A DNA stretch of 64,000 nucleotides from Octopus sinensis. Its lineage: Eukaryota. Numbering within the stretch: the stretch's first letter is position 1; each line of letters starts with the position of its first letter. The notes under the pieces are model-generated. The model made no database searches. It had not been told where the DNA came from and was given only the letters and a program-made list of their open reading frames with translations. The stretch is from contig NC_043000.1 of NCBI RefSeq assembly GCF_006345805.1, forward strand, positions 158,224,001-158,288,000, in the 5' to 3' direction. This document shows positions 27,901-39,829 of the stretch, in pieces. The position numbers and the translations under genes are program-made.

Positions 27901-28818
27901 ATGAACAAATTGTTTTAGCGACATTATACTGAACTTGCCATAGATATAATTCCTCGTCTAATTCTTTGAGTACATGCGAAAATCAATGTATAGGAAATAG
28001 TTATTAAAAACATTTCTAAGATGAACAAAGCTAGCAGCACAACAATGAAAATTGCTGGCTTATATCAGGAGCAACAACAAAAAATAATAAGTGGATAAGA
28101 CGCCGCCCACAAACACTAAAATATAAAATATACCAAAGAATAAAAAGTTTTGGAAAAATCAGCAGCAGAAACAAAAAAAAAAATTTATATATAATAGAAT
28201 AATACTTAACAAAAAAAAAACAGGAAAGTTAAAGACATGAATAAACATACAATAAATTAAAAATTTTAATACAAAGATAAATTAATAATAGTACTGACAA
28301 TTATTTTGTGATCTACAAAACCTAAACAAGTAGAATTGAATTTAGAAACAAAACATAATTTCGGATAATGAAATCAGAGAGAACCTGTTTTTTTTTAATT
28401 TTGCTTTTTGCCCTAAAGTACATTCTCTCGCAACGATCTAAATCTAATTCTTATTCAAACCTGAGAATATAACTTTCTCAGAAATTTTTTTTCGTCTCAC
28501 AGCATCTCGTTCCTGCCATCTTAGCTTATATTCCGTTCCTTCCCAATATATTTTACGTTACTTTTCAGCTAATCGGTTTCTCTGTCTTTACATTTATCTC
28601 GATGTTGATATATATCTCGGCTTCATAACCTGCAACTCAGAGAGCTTCACGTAGCCAATCATAAGGCAGCTCACTCTTTGCTCATGTATTAAGTAAAACT
28701 GTTTGTCTAGTCGTTTCTGCTCGGAGAAAATACTGTTTTCACACTAGTGTTGTTTAGTTCCTGTGCTGTTGAATTCAATTTAATTCAAATCTGTTTGATC
28801 GAACGGCTACCACTTTCA

Positions 28819-28825
<7 letters not shown>

Positions 28826-28884
<59 letters not shown>
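28826..28884. repeat. (CT)n microsatellite
   Basis: Directly visible. Confidence 0.97.
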
Positions 28885-28887
<3 letters not shown>

Positions 28888-29077
28888 ACTCTCCCTCTTT
28901 CTCTTTCTCTGTCCACAGACACATACAAAGGCACACACACATGTACACACACATACACACGTATATATTAACGTATGCATATATATATATATTTATGTAA
29001 ATTCGAAGAAAATCACTTTTGTATATATATATCTATATATATATACACAAATATATATGCATATGTGTGTGTGCATG

Positions 29078-29160
<83 letters not shown>

Positions 29161-29224
29161 TTGCAAAGATGCCCGGTGGAGCTCGGGATTAAGATGGAAT
29201 AGTGTTTTATTCTTTAACTGGATT

Positions 29225-29395
29225 CTGTCATGTGACTGCGGCCATACTGGAGCACTGTCTTTAGTCAAAAGAATCGACCCTAGGATTTATTTCTTGTAAG
29301 GTCAGTACTTATTTTGCCAAATGATTAAGTTACGGCTATGTAAACACAGCAACGTCGGTTGTCCAGTGATGGTGAGGGTACAAACACACACACAT
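29225..29395 (-). mobile_element. SINE 3' half, diverged
   Basis: 'gtcatgtgactgcggccatactggagcact..tttagtc' matches the SINE tail at 58110-58160. Confidence 0.75.
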
Positions 29396-29414
29396 ACATA
29401 CATACATACATATA

Positions 29415-29470
<56 letters not shown>

Positions 29471-29569
29471 CATATACATATATTCATATATATATATATA
29501 TATGTATACATATATATACATATGTATATGCATATATATATATATATAGATAGATACACACATGATGAT

Positions 29570-29830
29570 ACACATGAAAACAAAGTTGGGTACGCAAACA
29601 ACGAGAGAAGCAAACGGAAAACAAGACAAATGATATAAAGACCCTTCATCAGCTGTCGACTGTCATTCTACTAATTTCGAGCATTGAATATCAATATAAG
29701 ACTTTGGAGGCAGTTGCTCCCGCGCACCAAAATAAAATATGGGATTTGCGGAGGGTGAAAGCTGGTCACAAGAAAAGGACATTGGAAACATACAAGGAAA
29801 CCGAACGAAAACAAACATGGAGTGGAGATA
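29570..29830. repeat. Second copy of the dispersed repeat at 3126-3420
   Basis: Shared motifs in the same order and orientation. Confidence 0.45.
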
Positions 29831-29945
29831 TACCAGACGAGATAAAGTAGTGAACGCTTGAGGAATATTGTCTTTGACAAGAGAGAAGATAAAAGAGAAG
29901 ATGGATAGGAATACGTGCAGAAATGAAGAGATAGATAGAAATTTA

Positions 29946-30012
<67 letters not shown>

Positions 30013-30370
30013 AAATGTGAGATTATAGCTTCACTTTTAATACTTTCAGAATTATTAGTTTCATTGCGTATATATTATATACATAGTGGAAGAATGTATA
30101 GTGACAGTATTAAAATTGAAATTTATTATCTCAAATTACAATAGAAATCTTATTGTTTCACTTTTGACACGAAATACTGAAATAGTGTAAAAGAAAATAT
30201 ATTACTACGGACTCGCATTAAGCAAGAAGTTGAAACTTTTTTTGTTTCATCACACTGCATCTGGCCTAAGTATGGCATGTGTAAAATTCGAATGAAATTG
30301 GATAGTTCTAAAGTTTTAGTGATGCACACATGCAGTTACACAGACAGATAGACAGGCACAAATTCCCAGT

Positions 30371-30407
<37 letters not shown>

Positions 30408-30502
30408 CGGGAAGCTTTATGAGAATAAACAAAAGACGAAGGCAGATGGAGTACAAACAAACAATTGTATTAGTATGGCGCTCAGGAATATAAATAAAAC
30501 AA

Positions 30503-30545
30503 GTCTTTTTACGTTTCGAGCCTACGCTCTTCAACAGAAAGATAC
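30503..30545 (-). ncRNA. Degenerate minimal type I hammerhead ribozyme (Penelope-type)
   Basis: Minus strand: UCUUU CUGUUGA A GAGC-GUAG-GCUC GAAA CGU A AAAAGA. The core carries an A6-to-U change. Confidence 0.55.
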
Positions 30546-32990
30546 ACAGAAAAGAAACACGGAGAGAAAAAAGGAGAGAAAAAATGCGTGCAACAGTTGG
30601 AATTCACATGTATGTATATATATTTTATATTGATATGTTATTGACGCAAATCATACCTTGTGTTTTCAGTGCGTAATATCTAGTATCAATTTCCAAACCT
30701 TAGACGCTTTGTATTTTTAGCCATTTTAATTCGAATATTCCGTTAGCAAGAAAATTCTGCCGGTAAGAATAATCAGAATTTAAGTACCAACTGTAATTGG
30801 ATGCCGGAAGACTTTGGATACACTCATTCAGATTAGCCATCCGAAGGATATATATATCCCAATACACTCACATTGATTTGTGATGTATTCAGGAACATAT
30901 GAGTTATAGTGGGGGAATGCCTTTGATACTAAGAAGGTCAAATCCATGGCAAAGAATACCGAGTCCTCAAAGCATATAAGCAAATTAAAATATGCTGCAC
31001 AGAATTGAAAAGAAATAAGAAAAGGCCCATTTTTACGCAGCTAATTGGAGAGAAAATGGATTCGACTTTTCATCGAAGAGAGAACCTTAATTGCCAAAAT
31101 ATTAGAAAATGAAATATTAAAAAATGAAGACAAGTTGTTTTTTGGTCACAAAATACGAGACTAAATTCATATTGCATTCGGATTGTGCAGGTTGAAATGC
31201 TTCGAAGGCATGAAAATCTATTTTTGAATTCAAGGCATATTAATAAACACACACATATAGAGATACGCAAACACACATGTGCACATTTACAACAACCCAG
31301 AAGCGCAATAGGACACATCTAGATTAGCAGATTTACAAGCATACAGAAACATTTAGAACAACTGAACGGTACACGTTGGTATGAAGCATTCATATTCTGC
31401 TATACAAAAGAGTATCAGCATCAGAATTTCTGCAGGCATGGAAAACAACACTGTTTGCGGGAATCATCAGAAACGTAACACATCCCCTAATCTATATGTC
31501 CGTATCTTTGCTTGCAAGACATATAAAACGCATACATTCACCCAATATCAATAAAAACATTACCGTAATAATAGAGAGAATACTGGAAAGCTTTGTATGG
31601 TGGTAATTGAGCTGTTATAGAAATTATCAAGGAGTGTAAAACAAAACTTTCAGTTGTATGGATTGATCATAAGATTCATTCGATTGCATGTTGTACACAT
31701 GAACATTAAGAAATTCTACAAAATGAGTCCATTCTTCATGTAAACAAAATGTATCAACTATACCTCATGAAAATGAAAATAAAAATTTATATCACAAGAA
31801 CCAAGTTGAAAGTAATTTAATCCAGCCCTATACTTATCAGATGGGTAATCTTATCACGAAACCCATCGGCCCTTATGCTCTTTTGACTCACTGTAACTCT
31901 ATATCACAGCGGTTATCAACATCCGGAAAAGCTATAAAACATCATCCCCTATACATGGATGGCCAAATGATATATATCATCAATAAAAAATGCGTTTTCA
32001 TAGATTAAACAAGAATATATACTTTTAATGTACAATTATATTTAACGAAATTAAAACAATTAAATCAATACAAATAAGAAAATAATAAGACAGATCTAGA
32101 ACCATCTATTACAAAAAATTGATTAGAAAAATTAATAAGATAAAACAAAGTATGAAGCCGAAAATCTAGAAAAGTGTGTTGCAAAAAATGAAAGCGAAAT
32201 TTAAAACTGAATTCAATAATACAAAGAGGATCATTTGTCGAAAACACATTAGCCATTCCAGTTCAAAGCTGAGATGCTGATATAATAAACTGCAAATATA
32301 AAAGTTTATAATAAAGAAAATATTCACGGAACATATTAAAAGCATTACGATGCCACAAACGGGGACTAATATAATCGCAGTACGAGTCTCACGCTCACGG
32401 TAGCGATGGGGTTTGATAAAGAGAAAGAAAAATAATCAATAGTAGAAAGTAAAATATATTGGACAAGAAAATACTATGAAATATTGAAAATTAAGCCAAA
32501 TAAAAAAATAAGGAAACATGAAGAAATTAAATATCGATATAGAATGGAACAATAACATAAGACCTAAAATCTAAATATATCGAAGCAAAATACTTTGTAT
32601 TAAAAGTATCCTTTATACAGGAGGGGGTTCGACAACATCGATTTTCTATACGAATACCTGGAGCAGCAGAACAGCTAAATAGAACCAGCATTCTTTACAC
32701 GATATACATAAGACGGCCCACGAGTAGCAACGTCCGATATTGTTGTACTAAACATCAACAGTTATTGTGTTAGCATTAAAGGATTTATTTGTTAACATTG
32801 TGTTTGAAGATTGTATAAATATTGAAGAAAAGAAACAGTGGTCTACGAAAATAGTTATATATCTCTATCAATTGCGCCGAGGTTGAATTTGCCTTCCGAG
32901 TCGAGTAAAAATGTACGAGATGAGAACTGGGGTCAACTTGCTTCCACCCCCGAATTTGTTGGCCCCGTGCCAAAATTTGAAATCAGTAAT

Positions 32991-33048
<58 letters not shown>

Positions 33049-33107
33049 CATCTATCTATCTATCTATCTATCTATCTGTCTGTCTATCTATCTATCTATC
33101 TATCTAT
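32991..33107. repeat. (TCTA)n microsatellite, 5' flank of the Tx1 LINE
   Basis: Directly visible; contains the variant TATCTTTCCA at 33041-33050. Confidence 0.95.
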
Positions 33108-35160
33108 GTGCTGCGAAGGTGCCATCACGGCGGCGGAAGTGCGGGAAGCGATGGCAGAATGCTCGAGGGACAAATCACCGGGTTTGGATGGTCTACCCTA
33201 CGAATTTTACTATTGTATGCCAGACTTGTTTGGAGACGTCTTGGCAGCGGTATACTGCAACTGGCAGCAAAACGGGAGCATACCCGGTTTTGTGAGTCGA
33301 GGAGCTGTAACTCTGCTGAAGAAAGATCCAAACAAGGGAAACATTATAGATAACTTTAGGCCAATCACTCTGCTCAATGCAGACCTGAAAATTTTGACAA
33401 AGGTGTTAGCCAAGAGGTTGGCGCTTGTCATGGAGAAACTGGTCGACAACGCACAAACGTGCGCCGTGCCGGGCCGGAGCATCCATGACAACCTCCATCT
33501 GATGCGCTACATCATAGACAGGGTAGTTAACGAACCTGGCATGGGTGGGGCCCTGATCAACTGGATCAATCGAAAGCCTTTGATAGGGTAGACCATCGAT
33601 ACTTGGAGGCAGTCCTGAGAGCGGCTGGTTTCGGTCCGTCTTCCGCGGCTGGATAGCTGCCTTGTACAGAGGCATCCGTTCGGTAATTCGCGTAAATGGA
33701 CATCTATCGAGACCCTTCGACATTGCACGTTCGGTCCGTCAGGATGCCCCCTCTCGGCGCTTCTATACGTATTGAATCTTGAGCCACTACTGCGGAAGCT
33801 GCCGACTCTGAGGGGCATCCCGCGAGAATTAGGATGCGGGACGAGCGTGTCTGCATACGCGGACGACGTCACCGTCATAGTGTCAAGCCACGAACACATC
33901 GAGCGGGTCGGCGAGACACTGAAAGACTACGAAGCGGTGACAAGAGCAAAAATCAACCGGGAAAAGTCAGTGGGCTTGCGGCTCGGCACCTGGAGAAGCA
34001 AGCCCATGCCGTCCACCAGTACCTCCGTCGTGGGACGCTGGACAGACGGCCCGGTTGAGTTGCTCGGGGTCTGGTTCAGTCCGGACCTCCAAATGGAGAA
34101 GAACTGGAACGAGATAACGAGTAGGGTGGTCACTCTCGCCCAGCAATGGGCCGAGAGGAAACTGTCCCTAAAAGGTCGGGCGGAGGTGGTGAACACATAC
34201 ATCGCGTCCATCATCTACTACCGCCTGACCGTCGTACCTTGTCCCGACCCTACCATCACCAAACTACAACGCATCCTCTTCCGCTTCTTGTGGAAAGGAT
34301 GCGTCCCGATGGTCAGGCGATCCATTTGCTGTCAACACCCGTTAAAAGGAGGGCTGGGCATGCCGTGGTTGATGACTGCGACATCTCCGGCTCTATGTAG
34401 ACGACGGTGAACAGGTGTGGTCGCCGTTTGTGAGGCACGCATTCCCGCAACTCGTCTCCATGACCGAACTACAGTCGTGGATCAAAAAGAGGCCGAAGAA
34501 GGGCGAATGGCACCGCGAGTGTCGCGTTGCTCTCAAGCAACTCTGCCGTCCCGGGTCGACCTTGAGTGACTTCAACACAACCAAAGCATTCTATAGGGGA
34601 TTAGTGGAGGGGAGGTACGACGACGAGCTCGGGGCAAACCTGGGCGTCGACGAGGAATACCTGACCCGCCTGTTTCAAACGACTTTCGGCCCGGGACCTA
34701 TGGACAACTTCCAGAGATCCCTGGCCTGGCGGTGCTACGAGAAGCGCTACCCGTTCGGGATAAGCTCTATAGGCATGGCTCGAGAAACACGGGGCCGACC
34801 TGCCCGAGATGCGGGCAGAGCGACGAAACCGCTCTGCACGCAATCGTGCAGTGTCCAGCAATTTCCCACCTGGGGCTTATGTCGAACGACTGCTGTCACG
34901 TGTGGGACGTGTCGGTTTATCAGCCGAGTCTATCGTTAATATCGTCACGCCTCCTTCCTTCAAACGGGAAGGAAGAGCTATTTTATCATACTTGTGGCTA
35001 TGGCGAAAGAATGTATCTGGTGGACGCGTCTGAAAGGATTAGAGACAAACACTTTCCTCTCTGGTCAATCTCTCATCAACTTCTTCAAGTATCACTTGAA
35101 GAAAAAAGTGAGAGTAGAGAGGCAAGTTTGTCTAGTGATGTTTTAAAAAAAGATGGGTGA
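33108..35160 (+). pseudogene. Tx1/L1-like ORF2 (reverse transcriptase plus C-terminal Cys-rich domain), frameshifted
   Basis: KSPGLDGLPYEFY, NFRPITLLNADLKILTKVLAKRL, DQSKAFDRVDH, VRQG-CPLS (across a frameshift), AYADDVTV, LLGVWF, LSLKGRAEVVNTY, KGGLGMP, CPRCGQSDETALHAIVQC. Confidence 0.92.
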
Positions 35161-35611
35161 TGTAGCAAGGATGGCACGTATGAATGACGAAGCCACCTTG
35201 ACTATGATTCTATGAACCGTAAAAATTAATACAGAGAGTTGCTTATTTGCAAAAAAAAAAAAAAAAGAAATATAACATGTGACTTCATTGACCGAGGTTA
35301 CCGTGGTCTTTTCCGTAGGCTTTTCTTTCCACGGTAAACCTCACCTGTCCCCCCTTTACACTTCATATTGACATTTCTGTGATAACGATCCCTATTGATC
35401 AATTTTTTTTCTCTCCCCCTTTTTTTTTAACCCCCCTTTTTTTTTGTCCTCTTTCTCTCCTTTTACGATCCCTTTTGATCGACCCCCCCTTTTTTTATTT
35501 TATTTTTTTTATTTTTTATTTTTTTTATTTTTTAAACCTTCAAAAGAAAAGCTCTACCTTGTAATTTGTTCTTTCTGTGTGCAGCCCTGTGTGGCTAATA
35601 AAGAAACATAT
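33108..35611 (+). mobile_element. 5'-truncated L1/Tx1-clade non-LTR retrotransposon
   Basis: RT and C-terminal zinc motifs, a T-rich 3' UTR, AATAAA at 35597-35602, and (TCTA)n on both sides. Confidence 0.9.
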
Positions 35612-35617
35612 CTTTCC

Positions 35618-35660
<43 letters not shown>

Positions 35661-35661
35661 C

Positions 35662-35696
<35 letters not shown>

Positions 35697-35697
35697 A

Positions 35698-35752
<55 letters not shown>

Positions 35753-35840
35753 CATCTATCTATCTATCTACCTGTCTGTCTGTCTGTCAGTCAGTCTATC
35801 TGTCTCTTTATCGGTCTGTCTGTATGTATGTATGTATGCA
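35609..35840. repeat. (TCTA)n / (CTGT)n microsatellite, 3' flank of the Tx1 LINE
   Basis: Directly visible; starts with TATCTTTCCA. Confidence 0.95.
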
Positions 35841-35965
35841 TGTGATTGTGTGAGTATGTCTCTGTGTGTATACATGTATGTAGCTAAATTTACCCTTGCA
35901 TAGGCAGAAGAACAGACACGTAACATACGCACACACAACACACACACACACACAACACACACACA

Positions 35966-36017
<52 letters not shown>

Positions 36018-36589
36018 GCTACTGTCTGATTGCACTTTATTGTCAGTTCATATACACAAATATATAAGCACATACGTATGTCTGCGAATGGAATTAAAAT
36101 TTTACCAGTTGCAACATATACAGACACACTTACACATCTCGCATCATCTTCTTTCATATCATTTTCACGGTTGATTCCTCTACTCTGAAAAAAATGTTAC
36201 GTGGCTTACTTGGGTAAATATTATCGGAGAAAAAAGAGCTTCATTAATGGTATTATTGGCAATCTGCCGTGTGTTTCATCTCATCGCTACAGCCCTCTCT
36301 GTCGAGGTTGACATCAACATGAAAATCAAACAAATTCAAAAATAAAACAATGTAAAATGCTACAATATACTATAGTAAATGTTGCATCAAACTTTCTTAA
36401 GGATGTTGAATATCTTTTCTTAAGGTTTGCAACTACTTTTCACTAAAATAAGATTCCCAGATGCCATAAGATTGACTTTTTGCCTTTTAACACACACGTG
36501 TGTGTATGTGTATGCGTGTATGTGTGTGCGCGCACACGTGTACGTGTGTGTGACTTTGAGTTTGTATATACATTTCTGTAAATATATAT

Positions 36590-36693
36590 GCATATCATTT
36601 GTATATATATATAAGCATATATGTATATATGAATATGTATATACATATACATACATACATACATATACATACATACATATATATATATATATG

Positions 36694-36753
<60 letters not shown>

Positions 36754-36812
36754 CAATATATATATATATATATATTTATATACACATACATATATTTATA
36801 TATATATATGTG

Positions 36813-36845
<33 letters not shown>

Positions 36846-36846
36846 A

Positions 36847-36877
<31 letters not shown>

Positions 36878-36990
36878 TAAATATATATATATATATATAC
36901 ACACATATAATATATAAAATATGTATGTGTATATATATATGTATATATATATATATATATATGCATATATGTATGTATGTATGTATTAAA
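36590..36990. repeat. Compound (AT)n microsatellite
   Basis: Directly visible. Confidence 0.95.
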
Positions 36991-37500
36991 AAATGAAAAA
37001 AATATATACACAAGAACACTAATACAAAATATGTTCTATTTCAGTGTACACATAATACATTTAACGTAAAGTAGTTTCTTCATTTTTTTCTCTCATTCTT
37101 AGCGTCCAGAAGTTTCTCATGTTTCCTCTTCTTTCATATTTTTTGTCATTCAGATTTTTTCGCATCCCCAAAACGATGAGGTGGTAAAAGTGATAGGCCT
37201 CCTTATATGTTGCATCACGTTATTTGGGATTGAGACTTCTCCCGTTCAATAAATGTTTAATAGCGGCAAAATGTTTTACAACACATTCATCCCGAAACAC
37301 TTGTCTTTTATTCAATACATTGTGTGGTGTAACGAAAGTTCTTATTGTCATTGCTGTTGTTGTTGTTGGTGGTGATGCTGGTGGTAGTGGTGGCAGCGGT
37401 GGTCGTGTAGTATTCATTGTTAAACCGACAAGATAAATGTGTATGTGTATGCGTGCCTATGTATATATATACATACATATATATGTATATATATATATAT

Positions 37501-37817
37501 TTATTTTATTTATTTTTTTTTTATTTTATCTAGTTTCAGCTCACGAGCTGTGACCATGCTGGGGCACCGCCATTTGGTGTTGCTACATGATGTTACTTCA
37601 CGAAAGCTTTTTAGCAACTGCCATTTGGTGCATGAGAGAGTTCGATGCAGCTGCCCTCATCTGCACCTCCTGCCGTGAAGTTGGTTCATCTGGGACACCT
37701 GACAGGAAGAGATCCAGTCCTACTTTAAAGACATCTGCATCCACCCCATGCAGGTCCCTCAGGTTCTTCGGGAGGATATTGAAGAGCTGTGGGCCTCTGA
37801 AGCCCAGGCTATCACAG
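37501..37817 (-). mobile_element. 3' end of a CR1/L2-group LINE with A-rich tail
   Basis: Minus-strand peptide [44 protein letters not shown]...KKLS* (stop at 37598), a short 3' UTR, then a TAAAA-type tail. Confidence 0.75.
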
Positions 37818-37878
<61 letters not shown>

Positions 37879-37971
37879 GTCTACCTATCTGTCTATCTAT
37901 CTATCTATCTATCTATCTGTCTACCTATCTGTCTATCTATCTATCTATCTATCTATCTGTCTACCTATCTG

Positions 37972-38018
<47 letters not shown>

Positions 38019-38030
38019 CTCTATATATAT
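37818..38030. repeat. (TCTA)n microsatellite with TGTCTACC variants
   Basis: Directly visible. Confidence 0.95.
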
Positions 38031-38069
38031 ATATGAATATACATACATATATACATATGAAAACATATA

Positions 38070-39200
38070 TTAGAATGGCACCTATAACACAAAAACGAGG
38101 CACTTAAGAATATTATAGCCGAATAAAGACCTCTCTGCTTTCAATAAAACAGTGGTCGACAATGTGTTTGCAATGCTAGTATTCATACCAATATTTCGTC
38201 TGCTTGATTGGACGCTTGATGATATCAGAGCCATTGATCTGAAAGCTTGGAAGGCCAGCTCCTTGAGCAGCATTCCTTGTCTGATAAACTTAAATACATA
38301 CCGAAAGAAGTCGCATGACTCTGCTGCATCTGAAAGGATGAGCGTATAAAGGCAGAAGACCATGCGTGGATATGTTAATAGAATGCTCTGAGATGATAGT
38401 AACATTGATCATCAAAGCGGTCTATCAGAGCAACAACCGGGTTACTACTTCCGACTTTGAAGCGAGTGCGTTTGCGATCCAGGAACAGAAAATATCAACC
38501 AAATACCTGAAGCACAATAGGCATAGATATGCAGTGAAGTAGTAAAATGTGACAAGCGATACAGACTTTGTGAAGTTAACGCCGAAAATATCACCCACAT
38601 CATAAGCTGTTGGCTGAAAATACCATCACGGTATTATCTATCGATAGGATATGATGTTGTAGCTGGAAGGGTAACCCTGGGGGGGGGGTAAGAACCCACA
38701 GTATAGTAGAAGACACAGCCGCTCATAGTAAAAAGGAGTACTGTTTGAATGTCCCATTGAAAACCTCAGGAAAATGTAAGCACCACAGACCTGATTTGGG
38801 ATAGAGAAGTGGAGCTGTGTATAGTTGTGGATATTAGCTGCCCAGTGAATGTTGTCAAAAGGCTGAAGATCAGTGAAATAGAGAACACCTGAGTTGAATT
38901 ATTACGGAATCTACAGTTACTCTATCCAGATTACAAGTTCAGGTTTATACCTCTAATTATTGGGGCCCTGGTATATGTAGCACACTGTTGTATATTTATC
39001 CCTTTTATGCTTCAGGTATTTGGCTGATATGTCCTGTTCCTAGATTGCAAACGCATTTCCTTCAAAGTCGGAAATAGTAATCCCTGGTATATGTATCAGA
39101 CTGCTGAAAGCTTATTCGAAGACTACAGATCCAATCCATCGCTGGGACTGTAAATGTTTGTAAAAATTTTTAGAAGTGTATATATAAAATAAAACATACA
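38070..39200 (+). mobile_element. Degenerate R4/Dong-like LINE (REL endonuclease)
   Basis: Remnants LDWTLDDIRAID, CRLC-like RLCEVNAENITHIISC, VVDISCP, LLYPDYKFRFIPLIIGAL; many stops. Confidence 0.7.
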
Positions 39201-39404
39201 ATTCTGTACATATACATACGTGCATACAGGAGATATCCTGTTGAATTTTCAATGAAGGAGCCTTGGATCTAGGTTAGATACTGGCTCTGTCTTTACTGGC
39301 AACAAATCTTGAGATAAAACTGAATAATGGCATACAGAGGTATCTACATACCTTCTTTACATTATTTATATTTGGCGGATATTTGTTCTCATCTTGTTTG
39401 TTGT

Positions 39405-39452
39405 TAGTACAACATTTCGGCTGATATACCCTCCAGCCTTTATCAGGTATCT
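39405..39452 (-). ncRNA. Degenerate minimal hammerhead ribozyme (Penelope-type)
   Basis: Minus strand: GAUAC CUGAUAA A GGCUG-N10-CAGCC GAAA UGU U GUAC. Core G8-to-A, helix III ACGU changed to AUGU. Confidence 0.5.
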
Positions 39453-39496
39453 TGGGGAAATTTCGAAAGTGGGTTCCCATTCCTAAGATATTTTTC

Positions 39497-39512
39497 GATG
39501 TTGTTGTTGTTG

Positions 39513-39570
<58 letters not shown>

Positions 39571-39632
39571 TATTATTATTACTGTTGTTGTTGTTGTTGT
39601 CATTGCTACTGTTGTTGTTGTTGTTGTTGTTG
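39497..39632. repeat. (TTG)n/(TTA)n microsatellite
   Basis: Directly visible. Confidence 0.95.
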
Positions 39633-39637
39633 CTCAT

Positions 39638-39768
39638 GTCACTGCTTCGAATCGAACTCGGAATCTTGGGGTTAGTAGCCCGCGTTCTTAACGACTACGC
39701 CATATACCTGTGGCGTAGTGGTTAAGAGCCCCAGGCTACTGACCCCAATTTCTATTCGAAGCAGTGAC
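39638..39768. mobile_element. Palindromic element of two head-to-head tRNA-derived units
   Basis: 39638-39702 is the reverse complement of 39711-39768 (GTCACTGCTTCGAAT...CTACGCCA / TGGCGTAG...TTCGAAGCAGTGAC). Each arm has an A-box; the left arm has the intact B-box GAGTTCGATTC. Confidence 0.8.
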
Positions 39769-39775
39769 CTGAACA

Positions 39776-39825
<50 letters not shown>

Positions 39826-39829
39826 TCAC

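Noticed and set aside
30560-32800. Possible heavily decayed Penelope-like RT region next to the hammerhead motif
   Set aside because: No motif could be read with confidence; it would need a profile search.
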